Virus record (IMG/VR): IMGVR_UViG_3300035686_000079
DNA: 64,000 bases
From: an uncultured virus (IMG/VR IMGVR_UViG_3300035686_000079)
Lineage: Duplodnaviria; Heunggongvirae; Uroviricota; Caudoviricetes
Strand: one strand, 5' to 3'
The notes beneath the pieces were generated by a model. The model was not told where the DNA came from, did not search any database, and saw only the letters and a program-made list of their open reading frames with translations. A program made the position numbers and the translations under genes. Within the stretch, counting starts at the first letter, position 1. Each line of letters opens with the position of its first letter. This document shows positions 19,817 to 27,785 of the stretch, one piece after another.

Positions 19817-19876
19817 CCCGCCTGACGAGGCTAGCGGCGGCTAGCCGAAACTCCCCTTAATAAGGGGAGTAGCGGG
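19817..19876 (+). ncRNA. Type I hammerhead ribozyme, copy 1
   Basis: P1 CCCGC/GCGGG; core CTGACGA; P2 GGCTAGC-ggcg-GCTAGCC; GAAA; P3 CTCCCCTT/AAGGGGAG; GUA triplet with predicted cut after 19871. Confidence 0.93.
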
Positions 19877-19905
19877 ACGCAATCTTTCACACCCGCATAC
19901 TAATT

Positions 19906-20304
19906 ATGCAAGCACATAGCATTGAAGAAATGATGTTAGTCCTTTATCAAAAGGGACTGGTTGACAATCTTGAAAGGTCTCGAAAAGAGGCGCGTGCCTA
20001 CTGGGAACGAATGCAGGGAACACCCGATGCGGAGTCCCCTCACACGGCGGCCCCTTGGCACAACTTTGGCTACATCATTCACCACAATGGGCAACATATT
20101 GCCCATGTGGTTAGCAAACAAGATACTCCAGAAAACCGAGCTAACGCTCACTTAATAGCAGCGGCTCCCGATCTACTGCAATCCGCCAAAGCGGCATTGC
20201 AAGCACTCGTAGCAGCAAATGGTGACGAAGTGGCAATTGCTGACCTCAGGGCGGCGATCGTCAAAGCCACACAAGAAAGCTGCTTGCCCTATGAACAGGG
20301 CTAA
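19906..20304 (+). CDS. Conserved phage protein
   Basis: HTAAPW...ANAHLIAAAPDLL motif; lies between hammerheads 1 and 2. Confidence 0.75.
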   Translation: MQAHSIEEMMLVLYQKGLVDNLERSRKEARAYWERMQGTPDAESPHTAAPWHNFGYIIHHNGQHIAHVVSKQDTPENRANAHLIAAAPDLLQSAKAALQALVAANGDEVAIADLRAAIVKATQESCLPYEQG

Positions 20305-20364
20305 CCCGCCTGACGAGGCTAGCGGCGGCTAGCCGAAACCCCCCTTGTTAAGGGGGGTAGCGGG
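20305..20364 (+). ncRNA. Type I hammerhead ribozyme, copy 2
   Basis: Same core; P3 CCCCCCTT/AAGGGGGG is a compensatory change relative to copy 1; predicted cut after 20359. Confidence 0.93.
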
Positions 20365-20397
20365 ACGCAATTTTTTCACCCCCGCAATAATGCAACC

Positions 20398-20739
20398 ATG
20401 ACCATTCAATATCTACACAACAACTGTCGAGCCTGTAAGGTTTTTCATATAGAAATTGCCAGAAGGCTCAAAGCAATTAAATATCCGGGAGTTGCCAGCT
20501 GCACCTCCTATCAGGATATTTGTGAAATGTTTTGGAGGGATACCATAACACAGTTTTCTTTCTTACTTAATACCCCTGAGTACAGGGGCAAGGTAATTAC
20601 ATGGGCATCCTTTGCCCAACTCATTAGTAATTATTCTGCCGACACAGAAAGAATTCCTCTGATCGTAGACCTTCTTTTACTTGCTGATTCACTCACTAAA
20701 TCAGCAGACAACCCGCCTGATGAGGCTAGCGGCGGCTAG
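20398..20739 (+). CDS. Hypothetical protein whose last codons read into hammerhead 3
   Basis: C-terminal NPPDEASGG is encoded by the ribozyme P1/core/P2. Confidence 0.65.
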   Translation: MTIQYLHNNCRACKVFHIEIARRLKAIKYPGVASCTSYQDICEMFWRDTITQFSFLLNTPEYRGKVITWASFAQLISNYSADTERIPLIVDLLLLADSLTKSADNPPDEASGG

Positions 20740-20771
20740 TCGAAACCCCCCTTATTAAGGGGGGTAGCGGG
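20712..20771 (+). ncRNA. Type I hammerhead ribozyme, copy 3
   Basis: CCCGC-CTGATGA-GGCTAGCggcgGCTAGTC-GAAA-CCCCCCTT...AAGGGGGG-TA-GCGGG; predicted cut after 20766. Confidence 0.92.
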
Positions 20772-20804
20772 ACGCAATTTTTCACACCCCGCAGCAATGC
20801 AACA

Positions 20805-21929
20805 ATGAGTCAGTCTATTCCAGGATTACCTAAAAAAGCTGCCCTAGACAAAGCCTACCAAGGCTTAAACAAAGGACAACCTATTACGGTTGAAATTTAT
20901 TCAGCACAATGCAGTTACGGCGCACAATCTAACTATCAACCAGTACTAACTAAGTTCTGGGTTGAGAAACAAGGGCAGGCTGCTCGCGTTCGACGCTTTA
21001 CTGGCAAGAGCTTAGCCAAGTTAGATGAGTTTTGTCAAAAACTCGTCAACGAAAAAGCGTTTGTATTACTAAGCCCACCTGATGAAGCCACTAGTAGTGG
21101 CTACCCCTTGTCCTTTGGCGACATTACTCCAGGAGACAACTTCACTCGCCTCCCAGTACCTGAAGGCGAAGCTATTCATACAGGGGGACTCTACCTCTCT
21201 CCAGACGGGAAAGAGGTCTGGAAACCATTGGACATTAAACCATATCAAAACTGCGATTTTCGGTATCCCTCGCAAGAGGCACAGTTACTGGAATGCATGG
21301 CAGATCAGCCAGGGTTTCCAAAGAACTGGCGAATTGAACAAGCCAATGGACGCCGATTCCTAGTGCGTCCGCGTTGTCGTATCATTGGGCAGGATCTACC
21401 CTATTCATTTCTATCTCTGGAAAATATTCTGGAGATCGAGCAGTGGATACGATCGCTCAACTCCCAATACTGGGAGGTTAACGACTACATCACTGTTGCC
21501 TTTGATAAAAATATTGGGCAACTGTTTCTTCTAGACCTATCTGCTGCCCAGGTAATGGGAAAGCCAGGTAGTTCAACGGCTTGGCAAGCTGATGATACCG
21601 ATCGGTTTTACCAGTTCGCTACCCAATGTGGATATACGGGGCTGGTCAAACTTCGTCAAGATGCCCGTCATCTGACAAGCTCGATCGCTTGGCTCCAATT
21701 ACAGGGGGACGAATACTCCCCTGTCACTGAAGAACATCGGCATATTTATGCCTCTCGCAATCGTCCCTTAGGCGGCTGGGCGAAAATTCCAGATGCTGTC
21801 TTTATGGATGGCAATTTCCAAGACACGAAGGTTTGGTCATGGGCAGTAACACCCACAGAACTTCCTCCAGACCTGCTACAACGGTACGAGTTAACCTGGG
21901 CGTATAGTCCAATCCCGTACCGCAAGTAA
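20805..21929 (+). CDS. Hypothetical protein, possible protein-kinase-like domain
   Basis: TGGLY...VWK...EAQLL...VND...FLLDLSAA spacing resembles a kinase fold. Confidence 0.6.
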   Translation: MSQSIPGLPKKAALDKAYQGLNKGQPITVEIYSAQCSYGAQSNYQPVLTKFWVEKQGQAARVRRFTGKSLAKLDEFCQKLVNEKAFVLLSPPDEATSSGYPLSFGDITPGDNFTRLPVPEGEAIHTGGLYLSPDGKEVWKPLDIKPYQNCDFRYPSQEAQLLECMADQPGFPKNWRIEQANGRRFLVRPRCRIIGQDLPYSFLSLENILEIEQWIRSLNSQYWEVNDYITVAFDKNIGQLFLLDLSAAQVMGKPGSSTAWQADDTDRFYQFATQCGYTGLVKLRQDARHLTSSIAWLQLQGDEYSPVTEEHRHIYASRNRPLGGWAKIPDAVFMDGNFQDTKVWSWAVTPTELPPDLLQRYELTWAYSPIPYRK

Positions 21930-21949
21930 ACCTTTGCCTACCTAACTAA

Positions 21950-21982
21950 AAACCGCTCAACCTCTCTCAGGTTGGGCGGTTT
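21950..21982 (+). terminator. Intrinsic terminator ending the ribozyme-containing operon
   Basis: AAACCGCTCAACCT...AGGTTGGGCGGTTT. Confidence 0.75.
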
Positions 21983-22055
21983 CTGTTTGTACAGATCTCG
22001 TTTACGGATTCCGTACATACTAAAATAGGTGATATGTCAATGAAGGCTGTCACTA

Positions 22056-22317
22056 CAAGCATAAGTTGTCCAAGATGGTCACTTTATGCTTGCAATACGG
22101 CGTAATCCTGTTGGGTTTGGCAGTTGCTCCGTCCTTCAATGACGGTTTTTGAGGAACGCAGCTTACGACTCTTGGACGGCTTATGCTTGGAATTGCTACT
22201 CTCGGTCAATTTATGATTGTTAACCGTCTTTGGAGTATATTTCCTCAAGCGATAAAGTGCCTGTTGCAGCACCTTCTTTGGTCAATTTATAGTTGGAATT
22301 TGGTCAACTTATGATTT
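22056..22317. repeat. Cluster of six degenerate 17-bp repeats (consensus about TGGWCAAYTTATGMTTG)
   Basis: 22056-22072 (inverted), 22076, 22173, 22203, 22279, 22301. Confidence 0.7.
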
Positions 22318-22515
22318 TAGTTGCAAAGGCAGGACTCATGCCTGAATGGCTAACCCAGTTCATTGGGAAGATAGAGTAGCTATGACGATCGTTTCTGTCG
22401 AGAAACGGAACTTGCAAAGAAAATTGCCAAGGGAGAGCTGCCGGGGATCTATCAAGAATACGACTTCCCTGTCACCTACTAAAAACTTAGACAAAAGTGG
22501 ACATGTCCACCCTGC

Positions 22516-24114
22516 CTAATTTAAGCCCTTCGGTGATTGGCTTAGCTTTAGCTCACCCGTTCCAATGCTTACTTGCAGTGAAGGTTGATGTTCCGTCATG
22601 CCCGAAGACATGGTGAGGATACCCTCAAGGGCTTTTAGCCATTGAAAAAGTTGAGTGCGTGGGATATCATGGCGTTTCAAGTAACGACCAATTCTATCCC
22701 ACCCACTCCATACATGCCTTGCTTCATCCTCTGGTGTCGCAAGGCATTGTGGTATCTTCTCGCTCAATCTCATGGCTCTACGAGCAATAGCCATTGCCGC
22801 AGATGTTCCACTATTGAGTCCATATTTCTGCATGAACTTAATCATGCCGATGACGCTGGTAAAGGCGGGATTAACTTTGATTAATTCCACACCGTATCTT
22901 CTACATCGAGATTCCAGGGAAGTCCTAAACAAACCTGTGCTGAGGTTGGAAAGCATTTCATTGTAGAGCTTGCTTTCCTCACTCATAGAGGCTTTCTTCT
23001 TGCTGAAGTCCAAGGATTCAATGGCAATAGCACAACCCAATGATTCGGCAAGAGTAACAATCTCGGCAGCAATATCCCTCATCCGGGCTTGGCGTTGTCC
23101 AGCTGTCAGTCCCTTCCACTCGAATGGCATTTCTTGGACATAGCCAATATTTCCATCTCGTTTAACATAGGCAAGAGAAATGTGATCGGCGTTAAAGTCA
23201 ATGCCAATACAACCGTTCTTTCGATTGTGAACGAGTGGAATGTGCGGTACGTAGGTTGTCAGGTGAACGTACCACCCACCAGCCTTGTGTTCTCTCCGGA
23301 AGACTTGAGTTGTTATTGGCTTTTGCATTTCCAGTGCATAGTCGAGGTCGCTTCTACGAGTGCGATTATCTCTATCGCTAACACTGAAATCTAGATCTAA
23401 AAATTCCCCTAACTGCGATCTGAGGCAACGAGGAATCCTAATGTTTAAACGGTAACTTCCCTCATCGTCTAACTTAAAAACTTTGAGCATAGTCCCACCG
23501 CCTGTTTGAGACTTGCCCACACAGTAGAACCGTCCTGAGCGTTTTTCCGCCCAGTCGTGTCGCCACTGTTCGTGAGACTCATAACCGTTTGCTTCCAAGT
23601 GGTGCTGGGCATTAAAAAGTTTGCGAGAGCCGAAGCAAATATGCAGACGTTGCACAGACTCTAATTGCTTAAGTTCCCTCTGGAGCGCTGCTATCTTCTT
23701 GGTTTTAGACTTTAATCCTAGTAGCTTAGTGTCAAACTTCTGCTTGTCTTGATGAGTAGGGAAGCCTTTCTTTGTTGCTGAGGTGAGTTGCTTCTCCAGT
23801 GTTTTGAGTGTATCTTTGGCTCGTTTTAGCTTCTTCTTAATCTGTTCTTTTATCCGGTCAATATTAAGTTCTTTCGCTGTTGTTAGTTGATCGAGACATT
23901 GTTTGGCTTCTGTAGCAATAGAGTCTGCCCATGCCCAATCAATATCAAAGTCTTTCTGAAGGCGTTTTTCTACTTCGTCTTCGGACAATCCTGATTGTAG
24001 CCAATTCAGGGCTGTTCTACGCCATGATTCGTACTTGATGCCAAGAATCTCAAGCGCTCTATGATAATCTATTTGGGCTTCAATTCCTACTTGAGTTCCG
24101 TGGCTTTTTGCCAT
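22516..24114 (-). CDS. tnpB: TnpB-related protein (IS607-associated clade lacking the zinc finger); no transposase nearby
   Basis: ICFGSRKLFNAQ, RuvC GIDFN and AIESLDF, VNPAFTSVIG, AAMAIARR. Confidence 0.85.
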   Translation of the reverse strand: MAKSHGTQVGIEAQIDYHRALEILGIKYESWRRTALNWLQSGLSEDEVEKRLQKDFDIDWAWADSIATEAKQCLDQLTTAKELNIDRIKEQIKKKLKRAKDTLKTLEKQLTSATKKGFPTHQDKQKFDTKLLGLKSKTKKIAALQRELKQLESVQRLHICFGSRKLFNAQHHLEANGYESHEQWRHDWAEKRSGRFYCVGKSQTGGGTMLKVFKLDDEGSYRLNIRIPRCLRSQLGEFLDLDFSVSDRDNRTRRSDLDYALEMQKPITTQVFRREHKAGGWYVHLTTYVPHIPLVHNRKNGCIGIDFNADHISLAYVKRDGNIGYVQEMPFEWKGLTAGQRQARMRDIAAEIVTLAESLGCAIAIESLDFSKKKASMSEESKLYNEMLSNLSTGLFRTSLESRCRRYGVELIKVNPAFTSVIGMIKFMQKYGLNSGTSAAMAIARRAMRLSEKIPQCLATPEDEARHVWSGWDRIGRYLKRHDIPRTQLFQWLKALEGILTMSSGMTEHQPSLQVSIGTGELKLSQSPKGLN

Positions 24115-24269
24115 GCCTAACTAATACGCTTATGTATTTTTCTGATTCTACCTGATACTGACACTCACGCGCTAGTTAACGCAATATTAAAACTTATACA
24201 TCTTGTCTATTTATGTACAAGATTGTCCAGGAAAATGCTGCCTAGACTGAAGCAGGTGCCTAGCTAACA

Positions 24270-24372
24270 AAAAAAGCCACACGATCAAATATTGATTGTG
24301 TGGCTTTTTTGTATGTATTAAGACCAAGAAAAAGGGACTCAGATCTAACTAATTAGATCTGAGTCCCTTTTT
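24270..24372. terminator. Two tandem bidirectional terminator-like hairpins
   Basis: AAAAAAGCCACAC...GTGTGGCTTTTTT and AAAAAGGGACTCAGATCTAA...TTAGATCTGAGTCCCTTTTT. Confidence 0.75.
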
Positions 24373-25749
24373 TTAAATAAACAGCCGCTGGTGCGGAGGT
24401 GTGAACTGTTTAAAGAACTGGAGTTGATATCCAATCCCATTAAGTCCAGCCAATGGTGTCTGGGCCGTCCACAGACGATCGGGTTGGGTCAGTAGCGTAG
24501 GAACTACAAATTCCCGATACTGACGCCCGGTGAGGAAAACAATCTCAGCTCCTGGAGCTGCGATCGATTCTAGTTGCTGAACGACACGTTCAGACCACTC
24601 ACGCCGATGACGAACACCTTTTCCTCTAAGGGTTTGGTCGTATGGCTCAAGAACGGTATCCGGATGGACGATGCCGTGCTTAGCCGAAATGGCATACCAA
24701 TTGTGGTTATTTACTTCCACATAGCGGCGAGCTGCTCGCCACCACTGCGAATTGTACAGCTGTTTTGCTGGTACTGGGTGGTCTAGCTTTGGATCGACAC
24801 AACTCACAAGCGTGATTCGCTTGCGGCTTATGATATTTCGATGGGCGGCGATTTGCTGACCTAAGTTATGGGCAATACGCCCGTAATTAGCCTGACGGGT
24901 TCCACTGGTTCTCGAATCAAAGCCTTCGAGTTGCAGTCGCTCACATACTGGGCATTCGCAAGTTGGTGCAATGGGCGTTTCTCCAGGATGAACTACATCG
25001 TAATCCTCTAGCTTGTGTCCATTTGCAAGAAGCCATTTATTTTTTCTAATAGCCATTTGCTGATAGGTACAGCCATCGAAAGATTCAATGCCTAGCCTTG
25101 TCCAGGCTTCAGCATACCTAGGAGAATTTAATCCCAGTACGTGAATTGCACAGTCAGCTGGCAATGCCTTCCGAATAGCTGCCACAAGATTTACGCAGTA
25201 TTGCAGATTAGAGGCGCTGGGAACCAATCCCCCCACTGCAATATACCGATAGCCAATTTTGTAGAGCCACTCGGCATAAACGATACGCTCGGGAATTGAT
25301 AAACCATGACAAACAGCCATGGGCACAAATCCAGTGTCGCGACTAATTTCCAAAAATTCTTCCGCACTATCGCGGTTAAATCTTCTACGAAATGCCATTT
25401 GGTAGGGGTAATCTCCGCCAAATGTACCTTGCAACTTTGGCGACAAGATATGATCTGGCGCGATCGCAATATCACCTGGATCGCCTACCGCCTTGATTCG
25501 GTTGAGAATCCATTGGGGCGTTACCAGGCTTTTGGCGATCATTGGAACCTCTAGCTCTAAATAAGTTCTAGCTCCGCAATCCCACTGCTTATGTCCTGAT
25601 GGCACAGTCTTGTGTTTATAGCTCAGCGAGAGCAGCCAGCCTTCCGGCTTTAAATAAAACTCCAAAAATTCGTACAACGGGATATCGCGCCCCGGCAAAC
25701 GAATGCAGTCATCATGCCCTACGTTTGCGTAGAATTTCGATTTAAGCAT
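24373..25749 (-). CDS. tRNA-guanine transglycosylase/DpdA-like protein fused to a C-terminal DUF6884-like domain
   Basis: WDCGA, APDH, AVGGLV, IHVLG, SFDG, zinc motif CECPVC...HNL; C-terminal LVSC...AKQLYNS...ISAKHG...EPYDQTL...PLAGL.GIGYQL. Confidence 0.8.
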   Translation of the reverse strand: MLKSKFYANVGHDDCIRLPGRDIPLYEFLEFYLKPEGWLLSLSYKHKTVPSGHKQWDCGARTYLELEVPMIAKSLVTPQWILNRIKAVGDPGDIAIAPDHILSPKLQGTFGGDYPYQMAFRRRFNRDSAEEFLEISRDTGFVPMAVCHGLSIPERIVYAEWLYKIGYRYIAVGGLVPSASNLQYCVNLVAAIRKALPADCAIHVLGLNSPRYAEAWTRLGIESFDGCTYQQMAIRKNKWLLANGHKLEDYDVVHPGETPIAPTCECPVCERLQLEGFDSRTSGTRQANYGRIAHNLGQQIAAHRNIISRKRITLVSCVDPKLDHPVPAKQLYNSQWWRAARRYVEVNNHNWYAISAKHGIVHPDTVLEPYDQTLRGKGVRHRREWSERVVQQLESIAAPGAEIVFLTGRQYREFVVPTLLTQPDRLWTAQTPLAGLNGIGYQLQFFKQFTPPHQRLFI

Positions 25750-25819
25750 ATTTTGTTGTTAGATGTCTATTTGTTTCTATTGTAACAAATTTGGGCACCA
25801 GTCTGATGAGCTGCTGCCG

Positions 25820-25843
25820 AACACCGTTCGACCGAACGGTGTT
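25820..25843. repeat. 24-bp palindrome, copy 4
   Basis: AACACCGTTCGACCGAACGGTGTT, overlapping the methylase stop codon. Confidence 0.95.
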
Positions 25844-26628
25844 CAACGATCTAAACGCTTGATCGATAAATCCACAAAACTAGCATGTAACTCACAACCC
25901 AAAAATCTGCGCCCTAGCCCTAAAGCCGCAACGCCAACCGTAGAAGAACCCGCAAACGGGTCAAAGACCAAATCGCCTGGTAGAGTCGTAGCACGAAGGC
26001 AGCGAGCCACTAATTCAACAGGTTTTTGAGTGGGGTGCTTGCCGTGCAACTTCTCTTGCTTGCCCGGAGCGGGAAGTCGCCAGACATTCTTCATCTGCTT
26101 CCCCCCGTTCTCTGCTTTCATTTCTTCGTAATTAAAGGTGTAAAACTCTCTGCCTTTACGGGCTTTTGTTGCCCAAATTAACAACTCTGTAGAGTGAGTG
26201 AAGCAACGACAACCCAAGTTTGGTGGGGGACAAGTTTTTTCCCAAACTATATCGTTGAGGAGTCGAAATCCAAGCTGCTGCATGGCAAATGCGATCGAAG
26301 GATAAACGTGCAACGTACCTGATACCCAGATACTACCTGTTGACTTTAGTACTCGATAACACTCTCTCAGCCATGCTTTATTAAACTCATGATCTACCTC
26401 TATTCCTTGACTTCGATCCCACTCCCCTTTATTGACTTTGGCTCTATTTCCGTTAACACAAGTAGACCCGTCATTCGACAAATTGTAGGGCGGATCAGTC
26501 CAAATGCACGAAATACTATCATCGGGTAGTGTTTCCATGAACTTCAAGCTATTGGCTTGATATAAGAACGATCGCCTATCCTTCGACGCCCAAGCCAATT
26601 TAAAACTTGGTTCTATTTGTGTTATCAT
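25843..26628 (-). CDS. Beta-class N6-adenine/N4-cytosine DNA methyltransferase
   Basis: TDPPY, VNKGEWD, HPTQKP, DPFAGSST. Confidence 0.93.
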   Translation of the reverse strand: MITQIEPSFKLAWASKDRRSFLYQANSLKFMETLPDDSISCIWTDPPYNLSNDGSTCVNGNRAKVNKGEWDRSQGIEVDHEFNKAWLRECYRVLKSTGSIWVSGTLHVYPSIAFAMQQLGFRLLNDIVWEKTCPPPNLGCRCFTHSTELLIWATKARKGREFYTFNYEEMKAENGGKQMKNVWRLPAPGKQEKLHGKHPTQKPVELVARCLRATTLPGDLVFDPFAGSSTVGVAALGLGRRFLGCELHASFVDLSIKRLDR

Positions 26629-26883
26629 TTTCTGTAGTGATAGTGTCCTTTTATCTTATCAAAAAAGCCCTCAAGATATTAATATCCTGAGGGCTTTTGC
26701 CTTTTAAGGCTTAATCGACAAGTTCTTGATTAAGTCTTGCGTGTAAGAGTGATTTAATCGATCGACACATTTGATTTTCTGCTGTTTTGATGTTGTTTTG
26801 ATGTTGTTTTGATTCCACATTGATTGCATTGCTATTGGGCTGATAAAAAGTAACCCATCAAGGGTTACTTGATGGGTAGGTAG

Positions 26884-27084
26884 TTACTGATCGGCTTTCT
26901 TGCTAGAAGAAGGGAAAGCCAGTTCGTTATATTTATTTAGCACTTTTTCAGCCTCCTCCTTATTTTGCATGTACAAGAAGATAGCTGCCTTTTTGTACAA
27001 ATCCGTCAGCTGATCGTTCAGCTGTGGTTGTTCGTGTTGAATTTTATTCGGTTGAATGTGAGACATAATGAATTTAGACTCCAT
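26884..27084 (-). CDS. Small helical hypothetical protein
   Basis: 66-aa ORF followed by a hairpin. Confidence 0.5.
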   Translation of the reverse strand: MESKFIMSHIQPNKIQHEQPQLNDQLTDLYKKAAIFLYMQNKEEAEKVLNKYNELAFPSSSKKADQ

Positions 27085-27313
27085 AGGGGTTAACGGGAGC
27101 CAGTTGCTTTACGCCTTTGCAATCGAGAAGCAGCTGGTTCTTCGTAAGTTTTTCTCCCTAAAAAGAATGCTTCAACCTTATAGGCTGAAGCAGAAATTCC
27201 TTCTAAGAGAGAATTTTTACTCACTCTTTAATGATAACATTTTATTGTTGTCACAACAACTTAAGAGCTATTAAACTGATTTTTTTGATAATATAGTTGC
27301 GGAAAACAATCGA

Positions 27314-27685
27314 ATGAAAAAAATGCCAACTACCTTAGAAACCATTCAGGGACTAACAGAGTGCCTGGACACCCTAATTAAAACCCAAGCCAATACAGAG
27401 GATGCAAATCGAGTTCTTCAGGAAACGATCGCCCAAAAAGATCGTCTCATCGAAAACTTAAAAGAAGGGCAGGAGGCTGGGGAGTCTGAGCTTCAGCAAA
27501 TTAACGATGCACTGGTGCGACTGCTTCAAACAGCCAAGAGTGCAATTCCTGAAGGGGGGTCGCCAGCTCAAGTCGAGTCAGTTGCTGCCTCAACTCCCAA
27601 TCCTACTGGCACAACTGTCACGACCGAAAACAGTGCAACTTACGGAACTGGAGCGAATGCCCCATCACAAGCTACCTTGAGCTGA
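27314..27685 (+). CDS. Coiled-coil hypothetical protein
   Basis: 123-aa ORF. Confidence 0.7.
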   Translation: MKKMPTTLETIQGLTECLDTLIKTQANTEDANRVLQETIAQKDRLIENLKEGQEAGESELQQINDALVRLLQTAKSAIPEGGSPAQVESVAASTPNPTGTTVTTENSATYGTGANAPSQATLS

Positions 27686-27761
27686 TAGACTGTAGAAAAG
27701 CCAAATTTTACTCCTTTTGAGCAAGAGCGATCGCCTGTTAGTGCGATCGCTTTGTCTTTGG

Positions 27762-27785
27762 AACACCGTTCGATCAAACGGTGTT
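27762..27785. repeat. 24-bp palindrome, copy 5
   Basis: AACACCGTTCGATCAAACGGTGTT. Confidence 0.93.

Noticed and set aside
19817..20771. Repeats considered as a CRISPR array or integron attC sites
   Set aside because: Spacing of 400-500 bp with whole ORFs between copies, no cas or intI gene, no attC R boxes; the hammerhead core explains the conservation
22330..22518. Possible small gene or pseudogene beside the TnpB right end
   Set aside because: Only short frames with no motif support; cannot be called
25795..25850. CTGATGA followed by GAAC and a hairpin, a possible hammerhead
   Set aside because: No GAAA, no credible P2 or P1 pairing; the hairpin is palindrome copy 4
26782..26813. 11-bp tandem repeat TGTTTTGATGT
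   Set aside because: Short low-complexity slippage repeat with no supportable function
27094..27141. Hairpin GAGCCAGTTGCTT/AAGCAGCTGGTTC as a riboswitch or ncRNA
   Set aside because: Single stem with no recognisable aptamer motif
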